DNA of 32,847 nucleotides, taken from contig CBFCYU010000002.1 of NCBI GenBank assembly GCA_965602415.1, positions 1 to 32,847 on the forward strand. The letters run 5' to 3'. Below are positions 8,321 through 16,527 of this stretch, one piece after another. The notes below the pieces were generated by a model, which was not told the origin of the DNA, did not search any database, and saw only the letters and a program-made list of their open reading frames with translations. The stretch's first letter is position 1. Every line of letters begins with the position of its first letter. A program made the translations under genes and the position numbers. This DNA is from an uncultured bacterium (GTDB lineage Bacteria; Bipolaricaulota; Bipolaricaulia; UBA7950; UBA9294).

Positions 8321-9286
8321 CTACTGAGCGTCGTCCGGCATCCCGGCAGCGACCCACTCGCCGTAGAACCAGCCGGCGGGCGGGCAGTTCGCCGCAGTGA
8401 CAATCGGAATCTCGATATAAAACTGCGGCTGCAGTGGCGGCTGACCTTGCCAGAGCCTCGCCTCAAGTTCGGCGAGGGCGATGGTGACCCCACCTTCCCA
8501 ATCCGGGGCAATCGTCATCTTGAACGGACCGCCGTTGCGGATCGCATCGAACGTTGACTTGTTCCCGTCAATGCCGACGCAGATCATGTCAAGACCGTCG
8601 GCCTCGATTGCTTGGACGGCGCCCAGCGTCAGTTCGTCCCAAGCACCCCAGACTCCATCAATCTCCGGATGGGCAAGGAGAATGTTCTCCATCGCTGCGC
8701 GACAACTCTCTCCGGCACCCGGGAACTGCGCCACGTGGCTCGCCGCCACGGTGATCCCCGGGAACTCAGGCAGCATCGCTTCAAGCATGCCATAGCGCTG
8801 CCGCGGGCACGGGACCTGATCCCAATGCAATACAGCGATCTCTCCCTCACGGCCCATCGAATCAAACAGCCACTGCGTCATCTTGACGCCACCTTCGAAG
8901 TCGCTCATGCCGACATCGAACGTTTGACCTTGACCACAGCCGTATCCTGTGGTGATCAGTGGGATTCCAGCGGCCTCACACGCTTCAGCGAGCTCGCCGA
9001 TCGATCCAGCAGGCGGGAAGAAGATGTGGATCGCGTCAACCCCCATCTGGACCCAGGTGAGAGCGGCGTCGATGACCTTCTGCATGTCCCCGCCTCCATC
9101 GACGGTCAGGATCTCCCAGCCCTTCTCTTCGCAAACGTTTCGCCACGCGTTGGCCATTCTGCTCGGTACCGGACTGGACAGCCCTTGGGCGCCGACGCCG
9201 ATCGTTCGATCGGCAGCCCATCCTGCGAACGACAACAACGCGACCATTCCCAGAGCGAGGACGATCGCAAACCTATTAAAACGCAT
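8321..9286 (-). CDS. CUT2 sugar ABC transporter substrate-binding protein (periplasmic-binding-protein type I fold)
   Basis: Track ORF 8321..9328. Start set at ATG 9286 (MRFNRFAIVLALGMVALLSFAGWAA...), preceded by AGGGAGGTG. N-terminal hydrophobic signal without a lipobox Cys. RbsB-like body (DAIHIFFPP, GIPLITTG, ICVGIDGN). Confidence 0.85.
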   Translation of the reverse strand: MRFNRFAIVLALGMVALLSFAGWAADRTIGVGAQGLSSPVPSRMANAWRNVCEEKGWEILTVDGGGDMQKVIDAALTWVQMGVDAIHIFFPPAGSIGELAEACEAAGIPLITTGYGCGQGQTFDVGMSDFEGGVKMTQWLFDSMGREGEIAVLHWDQVPCPRQRYGMLEAMLPEFPGITVAASHVAQFPGAGESCRAAMENILLAHPEIDGVWGAWDELTLGAVQAIEADGLDMICVGIDGNKSTFDAIRNGGPFKMTIAPDWEGGVTIALAELEARLWQGQPPLQPQFYIEIPIVTAANCPPAGWFYGEWVAAGMPDDAQ

Positions 9287-9412
9287 CACGACACCTCCCT
9301 GATTCGCCTCTGATCTTCGTGTATCCACCTACCTCCGCTTTCTGCCCGTACAAGCTCGTTCCATCACCTCCCTGGTCGTCAAGTGAGCCAAGAAACCTCA
9401 ACTACAGCATCC

Positions 9413-10981
9413 TCATTCATCGCGGACTGAACGCGAAAGAGCCCGATGGACCGGGGCGACACGCCGGTACGCTTCGCAGAACGTCTCGGACAGCGCCCGG
9501 TACACAGCCACCGACGCGGGATCCGGTTCAATTCGATCTGCGATCTTGATCATCGTCGCGGCGGCTCGCTCGAAGTCATCGTGCTGCCCCAGCCCCACAA
9601 GAGCCGTCATCGCGGCCCCAAGGCAGTTGGCCTCTTGCGATGCGGCCAGGGTCACGACAGGCTTCCCAACCGCGCTTGCCAGGATCTGCAGCCAGGTTCG
9701 GCTCCTTGCTCCTCCACCGATGACGCGTAGTTCACGAATGGATCTTCCCGTTCCCTCCTGCAAGGCATCGCAGAGCAGCCCGATGTTCAGGCTGATGCCG
9801 TCGAGCACAGCTCGAAGCACGTCCGCGCGCGTGCTTCCAAGGTCGAGCCCCAGCAGCGCTCCACGAGAATCGAGATCGTGGAAAGGCGCGCCACCGCCCC
9901 GCATGTGCGGCAAGAACAGCAGCCCGTTGGCGCCGGCCGGAGAGCCGGCTGCGGCCTCGTCCATCAGATCGAACGGGCTCCTCCCTCCATCCGCAGCATC
10001 GCGTTTCTCGGAGAGACAGAGATTGTCCTTGAACCACGCGTGGACGACGCCGGCCGAGTACGTGGCCAGCTGACTCACGTACATATCCGGAACAAGATGG
10101 CAGAGATTGAACGGACGCATCGTCTCATCGATCACGCCCTTGCGTCCGGCCACCGCAACCCACGAGGCCGACCCAATGTAGTTGTACGCTGTTCCTTCCT
10201 TCACAACGCCCGCTCCGACCGCGGCGCATGGCACATCGCCGCCGCCAAGCACCACCGGCGTGCCCTCCGCCAGCCCGATCTCACCAGCCGCCTTGCTCGT
10301 GATCTGTCCGACGATCTCGATGCTCGGCAGGATCTCAGCTGGGAGTTTCGCCACGTCCAAGCCGAGTGACTCCGTGTAGTCCTCCGCCCAGCAGCGCGCC
10401 GTCATGTCCAAGAGACCGGTGTTCGATGCATCCGAGTAGTCAGTAACGAAGCGGCCGGTAAGCCAATGGACCAGGAGATCCTTCGTGCCCAGAAAGAGGT
10501 ACGTCTTCCTGTACAGATCCGGCTCGTGCTCCTTCAGCCACAGCTGCTTGGCCGCCGGATAGAGCGCCAGTTCCAGACCACCCCCTGTTCTCCGGTAGAA
10601 CGCCTCCCAGCCGATTCGATCGGCGATTATCTCTGCTTGCCGCTGACTCCGATGGTCGGCCCAGAGGAAGACCCTGTCTCGAAGCACGCGCCCGTCCTTC
10701 GCCACAGGGATGCAGCCGAGCATGTGCCCGCTGAACGTCACCGCCGCGATGTCCTTCTTCCGGATGTTGGCTTGCGAGAGCACCGCAGCTGTGGACGCGA
10801 TGAACGCACGCTTCCAGTCGTCCGGATTCTGCTCCGCCCAACCGGGCTTCGGGTATTCCGTGGGATACGGCAGGTAGTGACTGGCCAGCAGATCCCCCTC
10901 GCGGGTGAAGAGGGTCGCTTTGTTCCCGGTGGTCCCGAAGTCATGTGCGAGAATCGCGGGTGCTCCGTTCACGTCAGGCAT
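9413..10981 (-). CDS. FGGY-family carbohydrate kinase (xylulokinase-like), copy 1
   Basis: Track ORF 9413..11113. Start set at ATG 10981 (MPDVNGAPAILAHDFGTTGNKATLF), the usual FGGY N-terminal phosphate-1 motif position. Further motifs: GWAEQNPDDW, VVLGGGDVPCAAVGAG, RVIGGGARS. 8-nt overlap with the GntR1 stop (ATGCCTGA). Confidence 0.88.
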   Translation of the reverse strand: MPDVNGAPAILAHDFGTTGNKATLFTREGDLLASHYLPYPTEYPKPGWAEQNPDDWKRAFIASTAAVLSQANIRKKDIAAVTFSGHMLGCIPVAKDGRVLRDRVFLWADHRSQRQAEIIADRIGWEAFYRRTGGGLELALYPAAKQLWLKEHEPDLYRKTYLFLGTKDLLVHWLTGRFVTDYSDASNTGLLDMTARCWAEDYTESLGLDVAKLPAEILPSIEIVGQITSKAAGEIGLAEGTPVVLGGGDVPCAAVGAGVVKEGTAYNYIGSASWVAVAGRKGVIDETMRPFNLCHLVPDMYVSQLATYSAGVVHAWFKDNLCLSEKRDAADGGRSPFDLMDEAAAGSPAGANGLLFLPHMRGGGAPFHDLDSRGALLGLDLGSTRADVLRAVLDGISLNIGLLCDALQEGTGRSIRELRVIGGGARSRTWLQILASAVGKPVVTLAASQEANCLGAAMTALVGLGQHDDFERAAATMIKIADRIEPDPASVAVYRALSETFCEAYRRVAPVHRALSRSVRDE

Positions 10982-11834
10982 CCCCCTTCGTCTGGGGTTC
11001 AGCTGAGACAGCGTCGGACTCAGGCCCGCTGTGGGTCTCGACCCGGCTGCTGAAGCGAGCCTCGTCCACGATGTGCGAGACGATGATCTCGCAGATCCGA
11101 TCCGATCGATCATACGAGAGACCGGTTAGGAGGAAGACAGGGCTCAGGATCGGGATGTTGAGCAATTCCATGATGTCGCGGTCGGCGAGCTCCGTCACCT
11201 CGATGACCCGGTCGGACCTCACGATCTGTGTCCCGTGGCAACTGGCCAGGGTCGCGTACAGGCTCCCACGGACCAGCTCTTCGTTCTGCAATCCCGGGAA
11301 CAGCTCGGCAGGAAGGTAGGAGTCGCAGACCATGACCGGCTGCCCATCGATTGATCTCAAGCGGCGCAGATAAACAGCCGCCGACCCCGCTGTCAGGCCC
11401 AGGTCTTGCACATCCTGCGGGATCGATCCCGTCAAGGTTTGCGTGATGACCTTGGTCTCGAGCCGGTGGGGGGGACGGACCGCCTCTAACACACTGAGAG
11501 AGTCGGCCAACAACGTCAGATCCAGCCGTTGCTTCGAACGGAAGAATGACCCCCGCCCGGGGGTCCGTGTCAGCTGCTGCTGGTCGACAAATCCGTGGAT
11601 GGCTCGCGTAGCGGTCGGGCGGCTCACGCCGAAAACCCTGGCGACAAGCTCCTCCGGCGGCAACCGATCGTCGGTGGTGAGATGATGCTTCTGAGCGAAC
11701 AGCCTCAGGACGCGGAACAGCTGATAATGCAAAGGGATCGGAGATGTCGAGTCGAGGGAGATCGCTGCAGCGTACTCCCGCAGCTTCTGCTCAAGGCTCT
11801 TGGCTCGGTCGGATTCCGTCTCGAAGGACACCAT
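10974..11834 (-). CDS. GntR-family regulator, HutC-type (wHTH plus UTRA effector domain), GntR1
   Basis: Track ORF 10974..11861. wHTH LPPEELVARVFGVSRPTATRAIHGFVDQQQLTRTPGRGSFF, then a UTRA-like C-terminal half. Start moved to ATG 11834 because ATG 11861 falls between the predicted -35 and -10 (see promoter feature). Confidence 0.85.
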   Translation of the reverse strand: MVSFETESDRAKSLEQKLREYAAAISLDSTSPIPLHYQLFRVLRLFAQKHHLTTDDRLPPEELVARVFGVSRPTATRAIHGFVDQQQLTRTPGRGSFFRSKQRLDLTLLADSLSVLEAVRPPHRLETKVITQTLTGSIPQDVQDLGLTAGSAAVYLRRLRSIDGQPVMVCDSYLPAELFPGLQNEELVRGSLYATLASCHGTQIVRSDRVIEVTELADRDIMELLNIPILSPVFLLTGLSYDRSDRICEIIVSHIVDEARFSSRVETHSGPESDAVSAEPQTKGDA

Positions 11835-11840
11835 TGAATC

Positions 11841-11869
11841 AGTATGGCACACCGTTGGCATTTTGTCAA
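11841..11869 (-). promoter_or_regulatory. putative gntR1 promoter, TTGACA-N17-CATACT, predicting a leaderless transcript
   Basis: Minus-strand TTGACA (11869-11864), 17-nt spacer, CATACT (11846-11841). Only 6 nt then remain before ATG 11834, with no SD. Confidence 0.5.
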
Positions 11870-11871
11870 TA

Positions 11872-11881
11872 TGTATTTACA
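11872..11881. promoter_or_regulatory. perfect palindrome TGTATTTACA in the divergent control region (candidate GntR-type operator)
   Basis: TGTA-TT-TACA read directly. It lies 2 bp beyond the gntR1 -35 and 18 bp upstream of the cyclase-operon -35, inside the only AT-rich stretch of the region. GntR operators generally follow a GT-Nx-AC palindrome scheme. Confidence 0.35.
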
Positions 11882-11899
11882 GAATAATGTTTGTTGGGG

Positions 11900-11929
11900 T
11901 TGACATTTCCCGGCCGGATCCCTTACACT
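11900..11929 (+). promoter_or_regulatory. putative promoter of the cyclase-VOC-ferredoxin-AOR operon (TTGACA-N18-TACACT)
   Basis: TTGACA 11900-11905 and TACACT 11924-11929. AGGAGG (11953-11958) lies 5 nt before GTG 11964. Confidence 0.5.
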
Positions 11930-11963
11930 GAAACCGATCTGCACGTGGAAATAGGAGGTTGCT

Positions 11964-12683
11964 GTGCTCGTTCAGTTCTCGTATCCCCTAACCTCAAATC
12001 ACCTTGTCATGCCCGGTCCGATCGACCCCCCCGTAGTGATCCCTCGGTCCCGGATGGTCGCGAAGCCCGCTGACGGAGAGGATGCCGTTCGCTGGGCTTC
12101 GTACAACAACACCAGCTTCGTCCATGCGTTCGTGCACTCCGGTACACACCTGGATGTGAACTTCCACGTAGATCCCAACGGCAGCAAGCTCGGCGCATTT
12201 GAGATTGCGGACTTCGTCGCCGATCGGCCGATCCTCCTAGAGATCCCGAAGGGTGACATGGAGGAGATCACGGTCGAGGAGCTTCGCGAGCATGAGCCGG
12301 AGCTGCGGAACGCTGACTTCCTCTTCGTCTACACGGGCTACTCGGAGTACAGAAGCGCCGATCCCGAGCGCTACCTGACCAAGCAGCCGAGCTTCTCCAT
12401 TGCTGCTGCTGAGTACCTGATGCAGGAGCTCGACCTGAAGGGCGTGTGCGTCGATCTCATCGGCATCGAGAACATCGGCCGTGCGAAGACACTCGATCCC
12501 CAATTCCCTGTTCACAAGGCGTTTCTCACGTTCGGCCGGAGATTCTACGTCGTTGAGGACGCGGACGTGAGGGCCGTTGTGGGAAAGAAGCTGCTGCGTT
12601 CCTACGCGATACCGCTGCTTCTTCCCGACGCGGAAGGGATGATGGTGACTGGGTTTGCTGACATCGAAGAGGAATCTCCGTGA
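11964..12683 (+). CDS. putative cyclase-family metal hydrolase (kynurenine-formamidase-like fold)
   Basis: 239 aa, GTG start behind AGGAGG. Family signature HxGTHxDxxxH present as HSGTHLDVNFH. Substrate unknown. Confidence 0.7.
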   Translation: MLVQFSYPLTSNHLVMPGPIDPPVVIPRSRMVAKPADGEDAVRWASYNNTSFVHAFVHSGTHLDVNFHVDPNGSKLGAFEIADFVADRPILLEIPKGDMEEITVEELREHEPELRNADFLFVYTGYSEYRSADPERYLTKQPSFSIAAAEYLMQELDLKGVCVDLIGIENIGRAKTLDPQFPVHKAFLTFGRRFYVVEDADVRAVVGKKLLRSYAIPLLLPDAEGMMVTGFADIEEESP

Positions 12684-13054
12684 AGATTGAGCACATCGGC
12701 CTCCACGCGCGGAACACGACGGCTCTTGCGGAGTGGTATGTAGGTACCGTCGGCCTGCACATCGTGCGGCGTTTGGAGAAGCCAAGTCGTCCAACGATCT
12801 ACTTCCTCGCAGCAGCAGGGGGTGGCGAGATAGAGATCCTTCCAACGGAGGAAACCCGCGCCGAGCGAGCCCTCAATGCGCCCGGCCTAAGCCACATTGG
12901 TCTGGTGGTCGAGGACTTCGAGGCGACGGAGGCACACCTTAGGGAGAACGGAGTCCATCTTCAGGGAGTCCGAGACACAAGCAATGGCTGGCGAATCGGG
13001 TACTTCGAAGACCCGGAGGGCAATACGCTCGAGATCGTCCGACGCCCGCGGTAG
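12680..13054 (+). CDS. VOC-family protein (glyoxalase I / bleomycin-resistance / dioxygenase fold)
   Basis: 124 aa. Paired beta-alpha-beta-beta-beta modules with candidate metal ligands: IEHIGLHA, GEIEIL, LSHIGLVV, FEDPEGNTLEIV. GTGA overlap with the cyclase stop (12680-12683). Confidence 0.8.
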   Translation: MKIEHIGLHARNTTALAEWYVGTVGLHIVRRLEKPSRPTIYFLAAAGGGEIEILPTEETRAERALNAPGLSHIGLVVEDFEATEAHLRENGVHLQGVRDTSNGWRIGYFEDPEGNTLEIVRRPR

Positions 13055-13136
13055 GCCTCAGTGCCTGGTATGGAATCGGAAGCGGACGTTGGTGAAGGGC
13101 AAAGGAACGCTGGGGGAACAAGTGCCTACTCAAGAC

Positions 13137-13436
13137 ATGCGGGAGGGGCCGGGAACCCTCTTTGTGCGAGCGGAGAACTGCCGGGGATGCCGAAGCTGTC
13201 AGCTGGCCTGTTCATTCGAAAGGAACGGCGTCTTCAATCCAGGTCGTTCGATGATCGTGATGGAGCGCGATCTCGTGAACGGAAGGGCCGCCCCGATGAT
13301 CAAGCCGCTTGGGTGCGATCTGTGCGGCGGAGATCCGGTCTGCGCGAAGGCATGCAAGTATGGCGCCATCACCTACGAAGCGGGATCAAGTCAGAACAAG
13401 GTCGTCGTGCGTTCGTGGAGCAAGGAGGGATCGTGA
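13137..13436 (+). CDS. 2x[4Fe-4S] ferredoxin-type electron-transfer subunit, coupled to AOR
   Basis: C-terminal part of track ORF 12897..13436. Two cluster motifs: CRGCRSCQLAC (CxxCxxCxxxC) and CDLCGGDPVCAKAC. Start uncertain: ATG 13137 (MREGPGTLFVRAENCRGC) or GTG 13092, which is preceded by GGAAGCGGA. Confidence 0.75.
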   Translation: MREGPGTLFVRAENCRGCRSCQLACSFERNGVFNPGRSMIVMERDLVNGRAAPMIKPLGCDLCGGDPVCAKACKYGAITYEAGSSQNKVVVRSWSKEGS

Positions 13437-15385
13437 CGCGACCGACGACTTGGATCGTACGTGTCGACCTGGCGACGGGAGCCGTCGAACGCTCTCCGGT
13501 GGACGATTCTCTCAATCGAGCTTTCTTGGGAGGCCCGGGCGTCGGTTGGCGGTTGATGGCAGACGCTCTTGCACCCGGGATCGACCCGCTTTCACCTGAG
13601 AACGTGATCTGCATCAACCCCGGGGTGCTCGTCGGCACCCTCACGCCTGGGACGCCGAAGACGACCGTGATCACGAAGTTCCCCACGGAGGCGTCGGAAG
13701 ACGGGAAGCACTTCGTCGGTGCATGCACCGCCGGAGGGCGCTACCTCGGCGTCGCCCTCAAGCGCGCCGGTTGCCACCATCTCTTGATCACGGGGAAGGC
13801 CGAGAGGCCCTCCGTGTTGAGGATTCGCGATGAGAGCATCGATCTCGTCGATGCGTCCGACTACTGGGGTCGCGGAATCGAGGACGTGATGGTCGATCTC
13901 GTCAAACGAGAAGGACCCGAGTCCGGCACGATCATCATCGGCACTTCAGGAGAGAACCTCGTTCGCCATGCCTTGACGATTGTCGACCGCACAAACTCGC
14001 TCGGACGGGGTGGACTCGGCGCGGTGATGGGCTCGAAGAACCTCAAAGCGATCGTCGTCAACGGGACGGGAGACGTCGAGGTTGCCGACCCCGCGCGGTT
14101 CATCGAGGCGTCGGAACGGCTCCGCGACTACGTGATGCAGTGGCCTCGCAGGGAGCACTGGATCGACTTGGGCCTCGCCGCCGGTTGGAGCACGTTCAAG
14201 CACACGCAGTACCCCGGCATCTGGCCGAAGGATCGGTGGGACAAGCTCTACGGCGATGAGACGCGGATGGAGACCGTCGAGGACGTCATCGGCTGCAATT
14301 CGTGCATCCTCGGATGCCGCTTACGCTGGAAGACGAAGGGCGGGGAATTCGACGGCGAGGTCGGATTCGGGTCCCCGTTCAGCAAGAGCGCGACCTCGGG
14401 GATGCTTCTCGGCGAGGAAGATTTCCGCAAGATGATCCATTTCGTCGCGGATGCCAACTCGAGAACCGGAATCGATTTCTACACGACGACCCGGCTGATC
14501 GACTTCGTCACGAAGATGCACGAGATGGGACGGCTGACCTCCGAGCAGACCGGCGGTCTCGAGCTCTCCCGCGACTACGCCACGTACGAGAAGCTCTACG
14601 AGATGACGGTCAACAGAGAGGGCTTCGGCGACGTTCTTGCCGACGGATGGATGCGACTTAAGCGCAACTTCGGTCTCGATCCCCAGGAGTACTGGTATGC
14701 CGGGATCTGCAAAGGAGTCGACTTCATTTACGACGCACGACCGTCGAACTTCCATCCGTTGATGATGACGTTCACCACGCGTCCGCGACCTCATCACGGA
14801 GGATCACACACCCGAACGAACAGCCGAAACAAGACGATCGAGGAGATTCGCGATCAGGTCGAACGATGGGGATTGGCGAAGGAGACAGTCGATCACATCT
14901 TCACCGAATCCGACCACAGCGGGAAGTTCAACGTCGGTCGCTACACCCGCTACATGGAAGACATGATGCGGGTCAAGAACGCGATTGGATTGTGCACGAT
15001 CTACACGTATCAGGGACTGCTGTTCGGGGACGACATCGCCGAGCTGTACGCGGCCTCCACCGGTCATGAGATGACGGCGCTCGGGATGGTGGAGTGCGGG
15101 GAGCGAATCCACAACGTCTCGAAGCTGATCAACGTGCGCGAAGGGTTCAGCCGAGCCGATGACACCATTCCCGAGGTCTGGTTCCGACCGATGGAATCGC
15201 CAGAGGGTCGGATTGTGATGGAGGACTACTACCAGACCAAGCCTCTCACCAAGGCCGATACCGACAAGATCCTCGACGACTACTACGACGAACGCGGATG
15301 GGATGCAGAGACCGGCTGGCCGACGAGCGCGAGGTTGAAGGCACTCAAGCTCGAGAGCTTCACGGCCGAATTGGCTCCCGGATAG
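13433..15385 (+). CDS. aor: aldehyde:ferredoxin oxidoreductase family enzyme (tungsto/molybdopterin plus [4Fe-4S])
   Basis: In-frame part of track ORF 13061..15385. GTG 13433 behind AAGGAGGGA, with GTGA overlap on the ferredoxin stop. AOR signatures: LGGPGVGWRLM (N-domain), GAVMGSKNLKAIVVNG, CNSCILGC (CxxCxxxC cluster ligands), NAIGLCTIY. ~650 aa, typical for the family. Confidence 0.88.
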   Translation: MTRPTTWIVRVDLATGAVERSPVDDSLNRAFLGGPGVGWRLMADALAPGIDPLSPENVICINPGVLVGTLTPGTPKTTVITKFPTEASEDGKHFVGACTAGGRYLGVALKRAGCHHLLITGKAERPSVLRIRDESIDLVDASDYWGRGIEDVMVDLVKREGPESGTIIIGTSGENLVRHALTIVDRTNSLGRGGLGAVMGSKNLKAIVVNGTGDVEVADPARFIEASERLRDYVMQWPRREHWIDLGLAAGWSTFKHTQYPGIWPKDRWDKLYGDETRMETVEDVIGCNSCILGCRLRWKTKGGEFDGEVGFGSPFSKSATSGMLLGEEDFRKMIHFVADANSRTGIDFYTTTRLIDFVTKMHEMGRLTSEQTGGLELSRDYATYEKLYEMTVNREGFGDVLADGWMRLKRNFGLDPQEYWYAGICKGVDFIYDARPSNFHPLMMTFTTRPRPHHGGSHTRTNSRNKTIEEIRDQVERWGLAKETVDHIFTESDHSGKFNVGRYTRYMEDMMRVKNAIGLCTIYTYQGLLFGDDIAELYAASTGHEMTALGMVECGERIHNVSKLINVREGFSRADDTIPEVWFRPMESPEGRIVMEDYYQTKPLTKADTDKILDDYYDERGWDAETGWPTSARLKALKLESFTAELAPG

Positions 15386-15644
15386 CCGGATGAGATGCAT
15401 TTCGCGGTGCGTCACGGTCCGTTCGCCCCGTTGAGATAACGTGCGGGTTGGAGATGGCTTTGGGCGAGATTCGGGTTTCTTCGTACACGCGTGATGACGA
15501 TGGTGCCGTGCCACTCCACAGCAGGTCGACACGAGATCTGCTGGCGTTCTCGCAGCGACTTCCGGGATCTACGGGGGCGGGGGGCACCCATTGTGCGCTC
15601 GTTTGGATGGGCGTTGTGGGCTCACTGCAGGCCGATGTCCGGGG

Positions 15645-15672
15645 TTGCGGAGCGCGCAAGTGACGATATAAT
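15645..15672 (+). promoter_or_regulatory. putative iclR promoter with consensus -10 TATAAT; predicts a leaderless mRNA
   Basis: TATAAT at 15667-15672 is exactly 7 nt from the A of ATG 15680, with no SD. A weak -35 TTGCGG at 15645-15650 gives a 16-nt spacer. Confidence 0.55.
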
Positions 15673-15679
15673 TGACACA

Positions 15680-16522
15680 ATGTCGCATATAACTGAAAGA
15701 AGACGGGTCAACGGATCGGTGGTCAAGGCGCTCTCCGTGCTGGAGGCGTTCCGGCCGGACCGCGATCAGCTCAGTGCAGCAGAGATCGGAGAAGCGACCG
15801 GGCTCTCCCGGGGGTCCCTCTATCCGATTCTGTATGCTCTTGAGGACCATGGGTACCTCCGTCGTCCCGCGCCCCGGACGTACACGATCGGTTTTCGCTT
15901 CATCGAACGGGCGAACCTTGTCCTCCGGAAGCTGGGCATTCACGAGAGTGCACGCCCGTCACTCCAAGCGTTGGCTTCGACCCTTCGAGTGAACGCGCAT
16001 CTCGGCGTCCTCAACGGGCGTGAGGCCCTTCACCTCCATCGAGAGGTCGGAGCGGACGCTGTCGTCGTCGGGGAAATCGTCGGCTGGCAGGCCCCTGCCT
16101 ATTGCACAGCGCTGGGCAAGGCTCTGCTGGCTCATCTCCCGGAGGAAGAGCTGCGAGCACGCCTTTCGCCGGGATCCCTCGTTCGTCACACACCTGCGAC
16201 CATCACCGAAGTTGACCGGCTGGTGCAGGAGACGCGGAGAATCGCCGCGGACGGATACGCGATCAGCCATGAGGAGTATCACGAAGGGATTGTCGGGATT
16301 GCATCCGTGGTCCGGGGTGCCGGCGGCGATGCGAGTTGCGCAATCAGCATCTCGGTCACCAAGCCTCGATTCGACCGAGAGCGGGAAGTGCTCATCGGCG
16401 CGGTGCAGCGAGCTGCGGATGAGATCTCCGAACAACTCCGCATGCGACACATGGAGCCCGTGTCAGGACGGCTCCCCAAGACGGATCACGGGCCGAACGA
16501 ACGATCGAAACAAGGAGGCTAG
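15680..16522 (+). CDS. IclR-family transcriptional regulator (KdgR-like context)
   Basis: In-frame part of track ORF 15491..16522. wHTH (VVKALSVLEAFRPDRDQLSAAEIGEATGLSRGSLYPILYALEDHGYLRR) and an IclR effector domain (YCTALGKALLAHL, HEGIVGIASVV). Confidence 0.88.
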   Translation: MSHITERRRVNGSVVKALSVLEAFRPDRDQLSAAEIGEATGLSRGSLYPILYALEDHGYLRRPAPRTYTIGFRFIERANLVLRKLGIHESARPSLQALASTLRVNAHLGVLNGREALHLHREVGADAVVVGEIVGWQAPAYCTALGKALLAHLPEEELRARLSPGSLVRHTPATITEVDRLVQETRRIAADGYAISHEEYHEGIVGIASVVRGAGGDASCAISISVTKPRFDREREVLIGAVQRAADEISEQLRMRHMEPVSGRLPKTDHGPNERSKQGG

Positions 16523-16527
16523 ACACA

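Noticed and set aside
9292-9374. Direct repeat CAGGGAGGTG (minus strand; plus-strand cacctccctg at 9292-9301 and 9365-9374), the second copy followed by an 11-codon mini-ORF (MERACTGRKRR) upstream of the first SBP gene
   Set aside because: The ATG of the mini-ORF abuts the SD-like sequence with about 2 nt spacing, and the peptide has no leader-peptide logic I can recognise. The repeat may simply be two SD-like purine runs. It is not enough to call a uORF or attenuator.
13055-13136. Possible Moco/tungsten-cofactor riboswitch or other leader in the 82-nt gap before the ferredoxin-AOR genes (contains a 7-nt direct repeat AGTGCCT)
   Set aside because: I could not recognise the conserved Moco-riboswitch core or a convincing multi-stem fold by eye. 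The gap may partly be coding if the ferredoxin starts at GTG 13092.
15448-15663. 71-aa plus-strand ORF (and the 106-aa minus-strand ORF 15360..15680) in the AOR-iclR spacer
   Set aside because: No ribosome-binding site, no family motifs, and composition like the surrounding non-coding DNA. I treat the region as non-coding, although it is flagged as a long spacer in the findings.
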